DNA of 64,000 nucleotides from Chiloscyllium plagiosum (taxonomy: Eukaryota): positions 22,188,896-22,252,895 of the forward strand of contig NC_057719.1 in the NCBI RefSeq assembly GCF_004010195.1, written 5' to 3'. The notes under the pieces were generated by a model, which was given only the letters and a program-made list of their open reading frames with translations, was not told the origin of the DNA and made no database searches. The position numbers were made by a program, and so were the translations under genes. Positions 50,191 to 63,771 of the stretch are shown piece by piece. Within the stretch, counting starts at the first letter, position 1; every line of letters begins with the position of its first letter.

Positions 50191-51180
50191 AGGGAATCTT
50201 TAGCTGAGATCTCTTCATGAGGAGGTTGTTGCTCCTGGGCTTACAGATAAACTGTAGGGTAATAAGTGTATCTGTAACTTTGTAGCAAGTGACCCGAGTG
50301 AAGATAACCCTGCTCTGGCTGGCTCCTTTGGTCATGATTTCAAGGAATCTGTCTGGAAAGAAACGGGTCATGTTCTTAGTCTTGTGAGGAGTCAGCAGCT
50401 TCATGACAGAAAATTGATGGCCTAGTATAGTCCTAGATATAGTGGGACATGGGGTCTCTGTCAAGAAGGCTCATGGAATACTTTATTTGGACCTTGGATA
50501 TAGCACACCTTATTCTGATGCACACAGCACAAGCCTTGTTGTGAAAGAAAAGCAGTAGGAGATTGTAAATGCAGTGGAACCCTGTTCCCACACCCACTGC
50601 CAGTAACACCCCAGAAAGGCAGCATTCTTTATTACAGCACGTGGGCAAACACTTGCCATTTGAGGTGAGAGTAAACTAGCTCTGCGCTTTTGTGCTATCT
50701 GTGAGAACTTTGATTGTTCTTGTGAATTGTGGCTCTCAAAGATAATTATGATCAATTTTTAATGACCAGCAATATGGTGAATATTGCTTCTGATTTCACA
50801 CTAATCCCCTGGCTGGTGGCACACAACCTGCAGGACTGACCTTGGCCCACTCCCTGTGCAGTGACTATCTGGAACCTCTGACCGTGAACAGTCCAAGTGG
50901 CCAACTGACCATGTCCAAACATTTGGAAAGAGTAAATATGTTGCTTTTGACTGACTGTGGCAGAACGTCTTAAATGGTGACAATCCCTCTTGACTTGATG
51001 GAGGATCATTCCCTTAGACTTTGCAATGTGGTATTTAGTACGAGCATACTCATTATGTTTGTCATGTAAGGGTCTGCCACATACTGTAAGTGTGTCATTG
51101 AGTTATGTGGTGCAGTGCAGCGACATATCCAACACATTGCCTGATCAATGCTGACAGTCACAATGAGCTGACTGGCTTTG
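50190..51180 (-). mobile_element. Probable Harbinger Myb-like accessory gene remnants
   Basis: RFFPDRFLEIMTKGASQSRVIF resembles the start of a Myb/SANT-like domain and adjoins the transposase. Confidence 0.4.
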
Positions 51181-54100
51181 TCTATGCAACGAAAGGCAGG
51201 GCAAGACAGAAGTAATATGAGGCTCTAAGTCCTGAATGAGGAATAATGGTTAGGTTTGCAAAAAGGCAGGGCAAGGAATGACAGAGATCCTGTGAGCATC
51301 CAAGGCGGTGTGAAGTGAAATAGTGCAAAGAAAGCAAGTGAAAAGCCCTGAGGTGTGCTCCAAAGTGTAGCACTGAAGTGGAAAACCATATTGTAAGTGA
51401 GTCAGAGTTGTACCATGATAATATGGAGAGGCAGGTGCATGTCTGTTGCCAACCTACTTGGAAAATGGCTACAGGCTGCTTAAGGAGCATGCCCTGAGAT
51501 ATCAGGGAATATTGACCAAAATGGAGGCCTGAAAAGGAACTGGAAAGCCAGAGTCCTTTCATGTTGGGAATAGTCATTACCTAATTTCTCTCCGATGTAT
51601 AGCAAACTGTATACAAATGGAGGAGAGACTAGCTAATAATTAGATGTTGATGCATTAAAATTGACCCCTCGCTAATCACTAGCAATATTTTCATCTCACT
51701 ATTCAAAAGCTTGGTGGAAAATCAAACATTTTTAATTCAATATCAAGATTTATTTTTGATATTGCCTTTTTTTAAACTGATTTGCCAGTACCCACATCTT
51801 TCAGTGGCTAGAAAATGTCAGCCTGTGTTTTCGGATTGGAGGTTTGTCACACAATCAATTCTTCAGTACTCCTGCAGACGGACCAAAATACCATTAAGGA
51901 AAGTGAAGATTGATATTCATAGAAAGATTGGCATTTAAGATCAATGTCACATTTTTCCAGTGATGCGGCTGGTATTAATTTGTTTACATAAAAACAAAGA
52001 AAATGAAACACTATCCTATTGCATTACTTACAATAAATACATCAACTCTCCTCTTCTGTGTTCCATTTACTTTACAACGTTTTTGCTGGGTGATTAGCTG
52101 CAGGTTTCACAGCTGTCCCTACATTAGAAGTTTAATTTCAGTAGCAGCTTTTAGTCAAAGCGACTACTCAACTCTCTCAGGCCATAAATACATATGAAGT
52201 TCAAATGAATGCCAATCTTACAGGATCATTGCCAAATTAACTTTCACTACAGCAACACGCTGGTTCTGACACCCAGTATGAAATTTAATATCCATCTGTA
52301 GGCCCTGCTGTACCTTGAATATTGCCCCTTGACAGCTGGGTTTTGCTCAATAGTTGTATTTTTAACATATAATACAACCAGGTTCCTTCATGGTAAGGTT
52401 GTCTGAAATCCTGAAACATGACCCTGATGGAGTGCACTCCTTGGAGGTTCTTTTGATCAGCTGGAATAAATTTACTGAAGCTACACCTCTCTTGGTCCGA
52501 ATTCTCTCCAAAACTATAATTTCCCATCAGTTTCATCATTTGGGTGAATACACACTCACTTTCTCTTCCTTGAAAACCCTTTTTCTAATGAGTAGGACAT
52601 AAAATGCTGTCATGCAATGTTTATTTGAATTGTTTTTATCTGACTGGAATGTCAATCCTTTAACTGTGTCTTATTTTAACTTATTCTTTAAACACTGTAA
52701 TAAAAAGTAACGCAACTACTTTTGTTTTTATTCCTCTTTTGTATCTATGATTTGTACCTTGGTTCTTGTACTTAAATGGTGTCACACATGAGAATAAGGA
52801 TATTCTCTTCTATTTGCTATCTGTGATTTAGGCAACATTTTGGACAAACATTCCAACTAGGTGTTGTTTATGCACAAACTGTGCAAGATCAACCTAGTTA
52901 GAAAAATTCCAAATTGCATACAATCAACAGAGATTAGTTAGTTGCCCAAATGAAGAGCTTGCAAGTCTCCACCTGGTCAAAATTTCCAAACAGTGAAATT
53001 TCTTGCCATTTTGTTTCAGAAGAATGATACAGACAGAAAGACAGGAGTAATCCATTTCAGGACAGAGTTCCAAGTCATACTTGTATTATTACATGATGGA
53101 ACTTGGCTAGTACCCAAACGGAAACCTTAAAGAGGAACCATTCTGCTTGCAATTAGGGAACCTCAAGCATTTGACTCAGAGAAGCATTAGCAAGAACTAC
53201 CTGCCCTCTTCACTGCAGTTGGCATGTGACCTAAGGGGATTATTAGTAAATATGTACCTTCAAATAGTAAAAGAATACACTGATGGACTCTTATTTGGAG
53301 AACAGCTACGTTAGTAAGGAGCAAAAAGAGCTGTAGGCTTCCCGGTCTCTGTCTTAACCTAGGGCGCAATATTCCTCCCATGAGAGCTGTTGTCAAGCGG
53401 TGTTATGAAGTGTTGATTGTTCAAGCTTGCCTATGAAGGAGTTGGATATGTTTGAAGTTTTTCTTCAAGGAGCATCATTATTTAATGAATTGACAGCTTC
53501 CAAAGAGCATGGCCCTGACTCAACACTTATAACAGCCTGGCCATAAAATTCCTTCTGATACACTCATGGTATGCAGGCACCAGCTTCTACATAGTTATAT
53601 GTTTCCTGAAAGTCTCAAGTACAAAGAATTGCCAACAGATTCACAATGGCTAGTGATTGCTACTATAACAGCTGATTTATAAAAGGGGGATTTTGCTAAT
53701 GGATGCAATTCCGATCAAGTTTCAAATGTGAAATCCAGACGATGGCCATTGCCTCCCTGTACAAAGTTTTGTCTGCTATTGAACTTAGTTCATCTGGCAT
53801 TTGCTAACCAGAAGAACTTGTGCGCAAAGTATAGAAATATATATTTTTTAAATATGTTTACAAATGAAAAACACAAAACGGATAGTAAGACATATATGCC
53901 AAAAATACTGTTAACATTGGATGCTGGTTCAATGTGAGTCATTATATGTTTTTGGCATTAAGAGCTAGTACATATGCTGGATAGTCCTCCAGATACTCAG
54001 TGCCTGCATAAAGTAATAGCTGGAAGGAAAGGTCTTTCTCCATAATCGAGAGTGCTGTAAAGTTGCCATGTGAAAGAACATTGTTGAAAGTTGATAGGTC

Positions 54101-56299
54101 TTAGCATGTTTCTTTCATGTGGCCTGCAAATTTCACCTCAGCCATTTTCAGGTTCCCACTTCAGGTGACACATTATTAACTCATTCTATCATCTCTATCC
54201 TTTCTGCTTTCTGGCAGCATTCTTGAAGGATCCAATAGCTACAAAATAAAATCCATGTAAAACATCTGAAGAAGTGGGACCAAACGGAGCACTAGGAGCT
54301 TGGCCATTGAGACTATTGTTAGACAACAAAATCATAAGGTCTCAAAATGCAGAAGTGATTGCTGCCTGAGCCCCTCTATTTGTTTGAATTGTAAGGTGTC
54401 AATGCTAGCTGCTTTGACCACTGCCAGCTTCTTCAGGTGTCCAGTAATGGCACAGCAAGAAATAAAGTGAGCCAGGATGGTTGAGAACATCTTGCCCAAC
54501 CGAATTACCATCTGAGCTTCTTTTATGAAAATGTAAACAGGAAATCCTTCCTGTGGGAATTGCTTTGGAAATCCCAGCAACATGCAAATGGACTGGAGCC
54601 TGATTGTCAGAGATGTTTTCTATTCTTGTAATTAGAAAATTGGCATTGCTTTGGGTTGGTACCATGGTACTGTAATGTTTATAGTAAGGAACTTGATTAT
54701 TTAAAAGTATATCAGTATACTTTTAGCTGATTAAAGTAATATATTGGAACCATTAATTCAAATGGACATATCTCAATGAAGTACCACGACTTTATTGGAA
54801 AATTCAATAATTCAATCTCAAGGTTTTCTTGAGTGGATTAGAATTAAAGCTGCTCTGCTGGTCTATTGTGGACCTTCAGTGAGATAAAATCGAGAATCCC
54901 CATGCCATCTCCTTCTTGAACTCACCTTTTATTGGCCCACAACTTGTGAGTTTCTTTCCATTTCTCAGTCTTCTTTCCATTATTCTTGCACCTGTGGACA
55001 ATTACAACAGTTGCCACTGCCTGCTTTTTCTTGATTTACCTCAGTTTCTTTTGTACGCTTTTTTTATCCTTGGCAGTATCCTACCTTAGCCCTTTACCTC
55101 AGTTTCCTAAAATCAAAAAACAAACTCGTAAGTTTGAGCATGGATCAATTAATTAAATCACACTTCCAACATTTGCAGTTTATTGTTGCAAATAAAGAAT
55201 TTATGCGGTGCAGCTGTGCTTTTATTGGACTTAAACCTTTGATCTTTGGGAGTTGAAAAATGCTGCCCCTGCCCCTTTACATTGAAGTCTAATATGTTGC
55301 AGTAAGTTGCACATGTGTGCAAGGTCACCTGCTCTCAGTCAATGACTGTTCAATTAATTGTGCTGGCAGAAATGTGATAGTGGTTTTGCAAACTTCAAAA
55401 GTACTGTGACTATTAGAAACACAAAAGTCTAGTTCCATGTAAGCCATACCTTTCTGGGAACAATATTTCTGTCAATTTCAAATATCAAATATATATTGAG
55501 TTGTTGTTCTTTTAAATTTCCCACTCCACACAATAAGTAAAAAATGGTCAAATAGTTATTGCATATCGACTGATACATATTTACTAATTGAGACAAAATT
55601 GTGATAGAGTAGCTCCAGAAATGTAACTGTAATGTATACATCAGTACAGGTACCATTCTTTCAACTTAAGTAATTCAAGTCAAATATCTTTTAAAAGTTT
55701 GATGTTTGTTGTAGTTTGACTCTAACTTCCATTCATCGACACTGGAATATAATTGTATTTTAGCATCCATAATTTAATGAACAACATACAGTTGGGAGAC
55801 TGTTCTTGTCTTTCATAAAAATAGGTTTATTTGTATTTGTTTTGTGCCCTTGCTGTTAAAATTAGTCAGAACCACCTTTACCAATTTTTGCTGTCAGGCT
55901 TGCTTTGAGGATATGAGAAAGATTGGTCTGGGCAATTTTTCTTTCATAGGAAACCATAAAATAGGAGTAGGAGAAGGCTTTATGTTACCTCTTCCTGCCC
56001 CACTGTTCAATAAGATCGTGGACTGGTCTGTAGCTTCAAGTCTACCTTGCTGAACTATTCATAAACGTCTTGATACTATTCAAAAGTATCAAAAGCAGTC
56101 TTGAGTAGGTTCAACAAATGGATTTTCACAAACCCCATGCAGCAGAGCATCCAACTGAGTGAAGAAGTTTCTCTTCATCTTGGTTATAAATGTACTCATA
56201 GGGAGTAGCTTCTGACCAGCTGATACTGCCGTAGTTAAGATCAATCACCCATAGTCAGACAATCACATATCACGACTCCTTCAACAGCATCTTTCAAAA

Positions 56300-56600
56300 C
56301 ATGTACTCTACCACTTATAAAGGAAAGAGCAGTCAATGCATGCAAACACTGCCATATGTACATTCTCCTCTAAGTCACACACCATCCCGATTTGGAAATA
56401 TAATCGTTGTTGCTTCACAGTCACTAGATCAAAATCTTGGAACTGACTCCTAACAGCATGTTGTGAGTGTCTGTATGCACCAAGGCATGCAGTAGTGTGA
56501 GAAGCCAACTCAATGGTTTCTTCAGGGCAATTAGTACTGGGCAATAAATGTCGGTGGACGCTGTTAATCCTGAGACTATGACAGGGGACCTTTGACAGAC
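56300..56600 (+). mobile_element. Old CR1-like LINE 3' end
   Basis: Reverse complement of the 7470-7700 family; ends gggcaattag..gggcaataaatg. Confidence 0.6.
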
Positions 56601-58214
56601 ACAATCATGATCCAAAGAATAACAAAATATTGTGCAATGCAGATTTAAGATTTCTGAAATAAAAGCCAGAACTGCTGCTCATAATGAATGTTGCTAATAT
56701 TGGTTTTAGCAAGACATAGTCAATTGCATGTTCAGAACTAGTTGCAAGTTGTGTTGATATAAGAGGAATTATTGCAGAGATTTAAAGGCAGACTAGATAT
56801 TAGATCTCAAATTGTTCTACCTACAAGTCCATATGACATCATCTTCATGCTCCTAGCACTCCTCAGGGTTAAGTCTTTCAAAACAACACAAAGTATAAGC
56901 TTTTGTTCCTCATTATTAATATTGTTGATTTGCATACAATTTAAATGAATACATTGAGCAAGATCCCCTCCACCACCATGTGTCTGACTTTAAAAATTCA
57001 ATTGATCTGCATGTTTCACTAGTTTTGCTGAACATGCTCTTGTCCTTTTGTCAGCTGTGGACAGTGTTGTTTTTAACCATGTTTCACTTTCTGATAGTAT
57101 AGTAACCCTTTCCCAGTGTCTGGCTTGTGAGATGCTGATTGATGTAAAAACATTATTGCCAAATTGTAAGGTCTTAAGTCAGTATAATCACTTACATCTG
57201 CAAAGATACTTTAGGTTTGTCTTTTGTTGTAGGCTGTTCTACCTCATTAGCTTCTTTGGGATACGTATTTGCGTTCTTGCTTTTCCAAATTAGACTGGGC
57301 TCGCAGGCAGGTGGTGAGATTGGGGAATTATGTAAAATCATGACTTTATCAGCAACTAATAAGGAGCCATGCAGCCTTCCTGCTATCTTTTGGGCCAATT
57401 AATGGCTACCTCTGGCTGCCACTTTTCTGACTGTGAGCTGGAATCTGGAGAAGATTTCTTCTGATTGAGCACCTCCCTCCCAAAGGATAGCTCCACTTTG
57501 GTTGTTTCCATTTGTACTCCTGCTCCACCCCAGATTCCTAATTGTTGACCCACCCACTCTCACCCTGCCTCTCTGGCTCTGGTGAAGCTAACCTACTTAT
57601 CTTGTGATCCTGTCTCCATCATTGATCTTGTCAATGACTGACTGCAGTTCCTGTCGTGACCACCTTTCCTGGTAGCACTGCTGGCATCAGGAAGCTGCCA
57701 ACCACCTGATTGGCAGCCAGATCTTTGAGCTGGAAACTCCTCCCACATTGGGGTCAAAGCCATGATGTCTCTCCTTTGATGGATATATACAGTATTCCTA
57801 CTTGACAGAAAATGATCTAAGAGCGACTCCTGAAATTAAACTGAATTTCAGTTATCAATACTGCTTTTTAAATAAAAATGGCTCAAGTCAAATGATTTTA
57901 AAGACACTGGTGTTTGTAGCAGTTTTGAACTTGACTCAATGCATTAACACTGGAAAATAATTGTACGTACTTTTAGTAATCCATAATAAAATCTGTAAAA
58001 TCCAATTATGTTTTCTTGGCAAAGTAGAGGCAAAACTAACACCTAACTCTTCAGCCAATGTATCGGTCCACCACATCCAGGAAAAATTCCAATTACTCTT
58101 TCAGACAACAAAGACAAACAGAAATTTCATGGTCACAGAGATTATTTCATCTATTGTTTGGCTTATTTCAGGTAATAAAATTTAATTCCCTTTAAATGTT
58201 TGATTTTCCCAGTA

Positions 58215-58433
58215 CAAGTCATTCTGCTGTGACGTGCATTTCGTTCACGCAAATTCGCAATAGCACGATTGTCGAATTGTGGACAATGTTTCTGAAGCAT
58301 GAACTTTTAAAGCATGTTTTGGTTTTATTGCGATTTCAGCCCCATTAGTTTAAATGGTACTGCTATTACACAATTTTCTTGTAACACAGGATTGCACGCG
58401 AACAGAACTATCATGTTATAGCAGAACTTACTG
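58215..58433. mobile_element. Tc1/mariner (Tigger-like) MITE
   Basis: TA TSD on both sides; TIRs and interior match 43820-44037. Confidence 0.75.
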
Positions 58434-58908
58434 TATACATTGATTTCAAGAAAGTGAGATTTGTCTTTGAAAGTAGATCAGAATTGACTTTAGAAAATCA
58501 GTTTATGCTTTCCATTGGGGTAAATGGTTGATTAAACCTCTCAAGTATTTATTTTATTTCTCCTAACTGTCTGAATTGGCTCTGCTTTAATATGTATTTA
58601 TGATTGATACTTCCCATATTCTATTAACACCTTACCTGAAGTTCTTCGATATTCCTCCAATCTACACTAATGTTGGGTTTTTATCTTTGTCACTGTCGCA
58701 CCAACAGGTTAAAATATCTTTCAAAGTTTACCCTGATGATCAATTTCCTAATTTTTTAACACTACAATTAGCTTCTCCCTATTATTTGCTGCTCCAGTAG
58801 ATACAGACTTTGTTTTAAAATTTCCTCAGAAAATCTATCTCACTCATTAGCAGCAATAGCAACATACATTTGTATGTATTGAAACATCCCAAGATACTGC
58901 ACCGAAGC

Positions 58909-59143
58909 TGACATAACCCGACAGAGGCCAGTATCTCATCACCAGGTCATCTTTGATTTATAAGGGCACAGCACTTGACCCTGGTCCAGCTTCCTCAGAG
59001 CCAGTTGTCAGACGGAACAGAACCTCTGACACTCTTGTTTGTATCTGTCAGCCAGGTCTCCCAGATTGGACCAGGTAAACAGCCCCTATCAGGAATCTCA
59101 AATTCTGTGATGTCCACCTGACTGACCTTGTTACATCATAACA
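58909..59143 (-). mobile_element. Solo LTR
   Basis: TG..CA termini; flanks gaagc/gaagt; matches 5692-5907. Confidence 0.7.
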
Positions 59144-59185
59144 GAAGTATGATAAAACTAAGCATGAAAGCCAAACAAAAAACAA

Positions 59186-59530
59186 ATATCTCCCTAAACA
59201 AGGGGGAAAAGACAAAGAAACTCTCCTCCTCAATAACAGCAGGGACACACTGGCTGTGGCCCAGCCAGCACAGAGTCAATCTCTTAAACTGAGGCAATTC
59301 TAAATCTCCTGGTTGTATATATATATATATATATATGTTTGGGGTTTTTTTTTGTGTGTGTTTGTTTTCTTTCTTTATTCTGAAAAGAATAGCCAGGAGA
59401 TTTAGAATCTCCTCAGTTTAGGGCACTGACTCTGTGCTGGCTAGGCCACAGTCTGCGTGTTCCTGCTGATACTTGCTGTGTTTTGGAGGCGGAGAGTTTT
59501 TTTTGTCCCCTGCTTTTCCAGAGAAGATAT
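59186..59530. repeat. Long imperfect inverted repeat with (TA)n-containing loop
   Basis: Core arms 59237-59314 and 59391-59468 are 66/78 complementary without gaps; gapped extension to 59186 and 59530. Confidence 0.9.
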
Positions 59531-62500
59531 AAAACAAGAAAAGCATGACACTGCATCACATAAGAAGAGATTAGATCATCCTCCAATACTCCAATCATCT
59601 TTCTAAAGCAGAGCGGCAGAAACCTGCTACAGACTCCAGACTGTGCCCTCATTTATTTAAAGTTATTGAAGAATTCCTGTTATAGTTTACACATTAAACT
59701 CTCTGCTGTCTTTCTTCTCATTATTCCGTCTTCATATAATTTAAATCAATTGTGGTTTAAATAATTCATTTAATCTATCTCATTATCTTTAATAAAAATA
59801 ATAGAGGTGGAGCCAGGCCAAGAGAATAAATCAACTTCAAAATTGCTTTTGGCTAGTTGACAAATTTTTGATTTTCACTTCAACGCTTTATGTTGCTTTC
59901 AGGAATCTATGGCTGTGCTACAAGTTCCTCGATATTTTCAAACTCTTTAGTAAAGTGAAACATTTTTTGTTCCATATCTTCTGTAGGTTTGGTTACTCTG
60001 ATGATGACCCTTAACCCCACAGTATCTCCAGAGTATACCCACTCAACTTGAAATATAGTTCAGTTTCTGATAATAGTCTGAGGACGAGAAACAGAAAGCT
60101 TTTCTGCAAATTGTTCTCGCTACTAGACCAATGCTATTCCTCAACAGGAACCGTCTTCAAACAGAAAACATTGCAATGTCATGCTAAGTTTTAGTCTTTA
60201 AGTGAAATTTGTATTTGTTAAGAATATGCAACTTAGTTTTGTGTTTTGGTTGCTTCAAAACTCATTCTTATTTTCAGTCATTGAAGAGGATGGTTGCTTT
60301 ATTTGCCATGATGTGAAGGTACCACATCATGGGGTGGAATCTTTATTTGTCTGCATTTACTAAATAGTTGTGGGTATTTTTAACATTGTGTTGCTTACAT
60401 TATACAATCTCTGAGTTTTAATTGAGTTTAGTAGAATTGACAATCAGAAGTTTTTACAGGTGATTGACTCAACTTTTCCTGTTTAACAATGAACAAAATT
60501 GCATGCTTCCTATAATTATAGCTATCCCTATTTTTTTCTAGACATGATTTAATTAGCCCTCTCCTTTATGTCTGTTATCAGCGGAATTTAGTACAATCAA
60601 GGTAGTGCCAATACAATGGATTAATTCAATTAGAAGATGGAGACGTATTCCGGGATTAATGGTGGTAATGCTCAAAACTGGCAGAAATAGGTTTCCTGGA
60701 ATACAGTTTTAATAAGAATAGAATAGAATTGGCACTTGTATGTGTTACAAAGAAAACAGGTGAAAAATGTTTAAGTAGTCATATCACAGCGCCTATATTA
60801 ACAATGGAAGGCATAGATTAAAAAAAAGACAACATCCATTTCAGTTCAATTCCCAGCTTCTAGGTTTGCGAAATAACAGAACTGCTGCAAAACCACCACA
60901 CTAGGCCACTGGAATACTGGGCTGTAAGACTCATGCAGAAGCCACCCCAAGGACCAATCTCATCCCAAAGCCGGCCACCCAAGATGCCAACTCATGCCTG
61001 CACTGTTGGTAGTGCTCCCATCAGCTCACAGAAGCACCAACAAAGCTGTAGTGAAGAAAAGAGGGGTAGGCTGTTTTCAGAGGATACCTGGCAATATTGT
61101 TACTTGTGGCTTCTTGCTGTGTGCAATTAATTGGCTGTGATATGATGAGTGGTCACACTTTACTCAAATGTATTATTGGCTGCAGAAGGTCTTGTGGTCC
61201 AATGGTAATCTCCCTACTTCTGGGCTAGCACACCTGGGTTCAAGACATTTATTGATTATATTGGAAAAGGAAGATTACTATTAACATGATATAAGTAGTT
61301 AAAATAGTAACTCCAGCTCATCCTGCTTAAAATGAGGACTCCCTTCTGATAATACGGTAGAGGCAACTGAGAATACTTGATGTTCTTCTTCCTTTGACTT
61401 AACCTTTGAGATTTTTGTTCTAAACATTTTATTTTCTGTATTTCTGCATTTTAAATGCATACTTTTTCATATTAATTTGATTCTATTTGGTTCCTCACTG
61501 TATTTCTTGTCACGTGTTCCTTTCATAATGTCAACATTATTTTAAACGGATCCAATTGCACAGATTTGACTTGTCTAAATAGCCTCCACTATAGTTCGTG
61601 TTCCTTTTCTATATGTTTCACTTCTCTTCTTGACACTTGTCTCAACATATGTCCTTTTCTGCATTTCCTCACCTAGTGTTCAATTATTTTTCTAAATCCT
61701 CAAATTAGTGTTGGATCCAGCCAAGTGTTATGTGTTTATAGTGTATTGCCTGTCTTGGTACAAGTTCCTTCCATCCTTGGAAAAATGCTTTCAACCATAG
61801 GCTTCCAGATGTTTTATAATATTCCTACTAGCTTTCTTGAGTACAAAGTATTGAATTGTATATTTATCTTCCTTAGAATCCTTGTAGAATTTTGCAGAAT
61901 TCCTTTGCTCAGTTAACTTACAGCAGTCTTCAGAATTTTTTTTTGTCCTGATTTAAAACTTGCAAATGTTATGCTTTTAATTAATAATAATTATAAAAGT
62001 TTGAAGCAGGTTGCATCGGTAAAACTCACCTCGACATATTTATTGATGTTTGACTCACTTGACATCTAAAGCTGAAATTCTAATTTTAGTGATAAATAGG
62101 AAAATATCTGACTGCCTTTCTCCAGAATTAATACCCTGCCAATGAAATTGCACTCTCAGAAATGATCAATTTCAAAGACACATATTCTATCAATTTTGTT
62201 AGCAGATCATTAACTATGGGGAAATAAAACACAGCCTGTTTCTCATTGCAGGAGAAATCTCGCACCTTTTAGTCAGTAGCACCATTGAAACTTCTGTGCA
62301 ATTTAAAGCAAGTACTTTCAATTCTTCTTACTTTGTTTAGAATGTAATCATTACAGCTCAGGTCACTTCATCAGAAATAATTCACAACTCATGACTATAA
62401 CTGTCAGGATTAAAGGAGCAGAGATCTCTTTTTCAAAAAAGAGTTCATGTCAGTAAGAGTGGATGTTGTATAAAGATGTCTTTATCGCTGGAACATTCCT

Positions 62501-63324
62501 GAACTATTCCAGATGTTGTTCAGAGCAAGTTAACATAGTAGTTAGAAAAATACACTTCTGATGATCTGCAAGACTTCTGCTCAGATTATTTAGAGCGTGC
62601 AATAAATACACAAGGGTGCGTTCACAGAGGAACTGCAGTCCCTGACAGTGATTAAGTACTACAGCAATGACTGCCATATACGTTTTCTAGTTTGTGCATG
62701 GATCAACAGCTTCTCTTTTTGCCAGCTTTTATATTGATTTCTACTCTTAGTTGGCACAGTACCATTTAGCTGGTAAAGAAATTGGTAAATGAAGGTTATG
62801 AGATGCTTGAGCTCGGAACAGCAGCAGTGGCGAGGGTGACAAGTGAAGCAAAAACATAAGGCAAAATTGTAGGGTCAGAAACTTTAAACAATTTCTGACT
62901 GATACCAACAAACGCCACTATGTCAGTTTCTATTGTAAAATCACTTGCTCCTTCTTTGAAATATGTTGGACTGAATTTTATAGACATCTGAATCGTGAGA
63001 CCAGAGCAAGGAGCCAAAGAAGAATCGGAGAGTTTCCAATCAGTGGGCAGTAGTCAGACCAGACTGGAGATTGACTGCTCGTTCGATGAAAGTGGACTGT
63101 TAAGTTGCATAAAGCAAGTTCTCATTTAAGGTTCACTAAGTGGGACCAGCAGTATTTTGCTGGCATTGGTGCACCTAACCCTGCCATATGGTGCCATCTT
63201 TGTGGAGGTGACCTCCCTGTGGTAGGTCAAGGATCCATGAGAAGCAGAGGTTCAGTAAAAGTACATCAGAATTTAGCTTGTTGCCCTTAGCTCTTCATCA
63301 GCTTTCATAATGCTTAATATCAAA

Positions 63325-63455
63325 CATTAAACAAAGAACTGTGGGTGCTGAAAATCCAAGACAAAATAGTAATTGCTGGAGAAACTCAGCAGGTCTGACA
63401 GCATCTGTGGACAGAAAGCAGAGTTAACATTTCAACTCCAGTGATTTCTTCAGGA
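63325..63455 (-). mobile_element. PLE pLTR fragment (same family as 4343-4440)
   Basis: aattgctggagaaactcagcaggtctgacagcatctgtgg..gttaacatttca; decayed hammerhead (ctgaaga..gaaatgtt). Confidence 0.7.
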
Positions 63456-63771
63456 TATCAGACATGTTGACTGTGATGTGTCCATGCCTGAAGAGGGAGT
63501 TAAGTCCTGCCCACGTGCGGATGAAAGGATTCCAAACATTAAAACTGTGCAGTTTTCTCGAAACAAAGGATCCAACAAATACGTCACAGCACGTGGACAT
63601 TGTGAAATAGAAATTAGTTGTTGTGTCCAGCAGTCCTTGTCAGCATTTAACTCCATGAAAGTGCCTAGTTTCGTTCTCTCTTTCTTCCTTACCGATATCC
63701 TTCCTGTCATTTCTGATGATTTGTTAGTTGTTAGCTGATACTCAGTGTTCAAGATTTAAATGTAAAATGTC

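Noticed and set aside
59895..60050. Two acceptor-like sites (ttgctttcag, tcttctgtag)
   Set aside because: The frames I read stop within about 20 codons, there is no good donor and no peptide is recognisable.
60075..60130. Small branched hairpin / possible snoRNA or ribozyme
   Set aside because: Stems are short, and there is no complete hammerhead core or convincing H/ACA or C/D box arrangement.
62796..63752. ORFs of 61-100 aa near the window end
   Set aside because: No recognisable domain, overlapping ORFs on both strands and no clear splice signals; consistent with chance.
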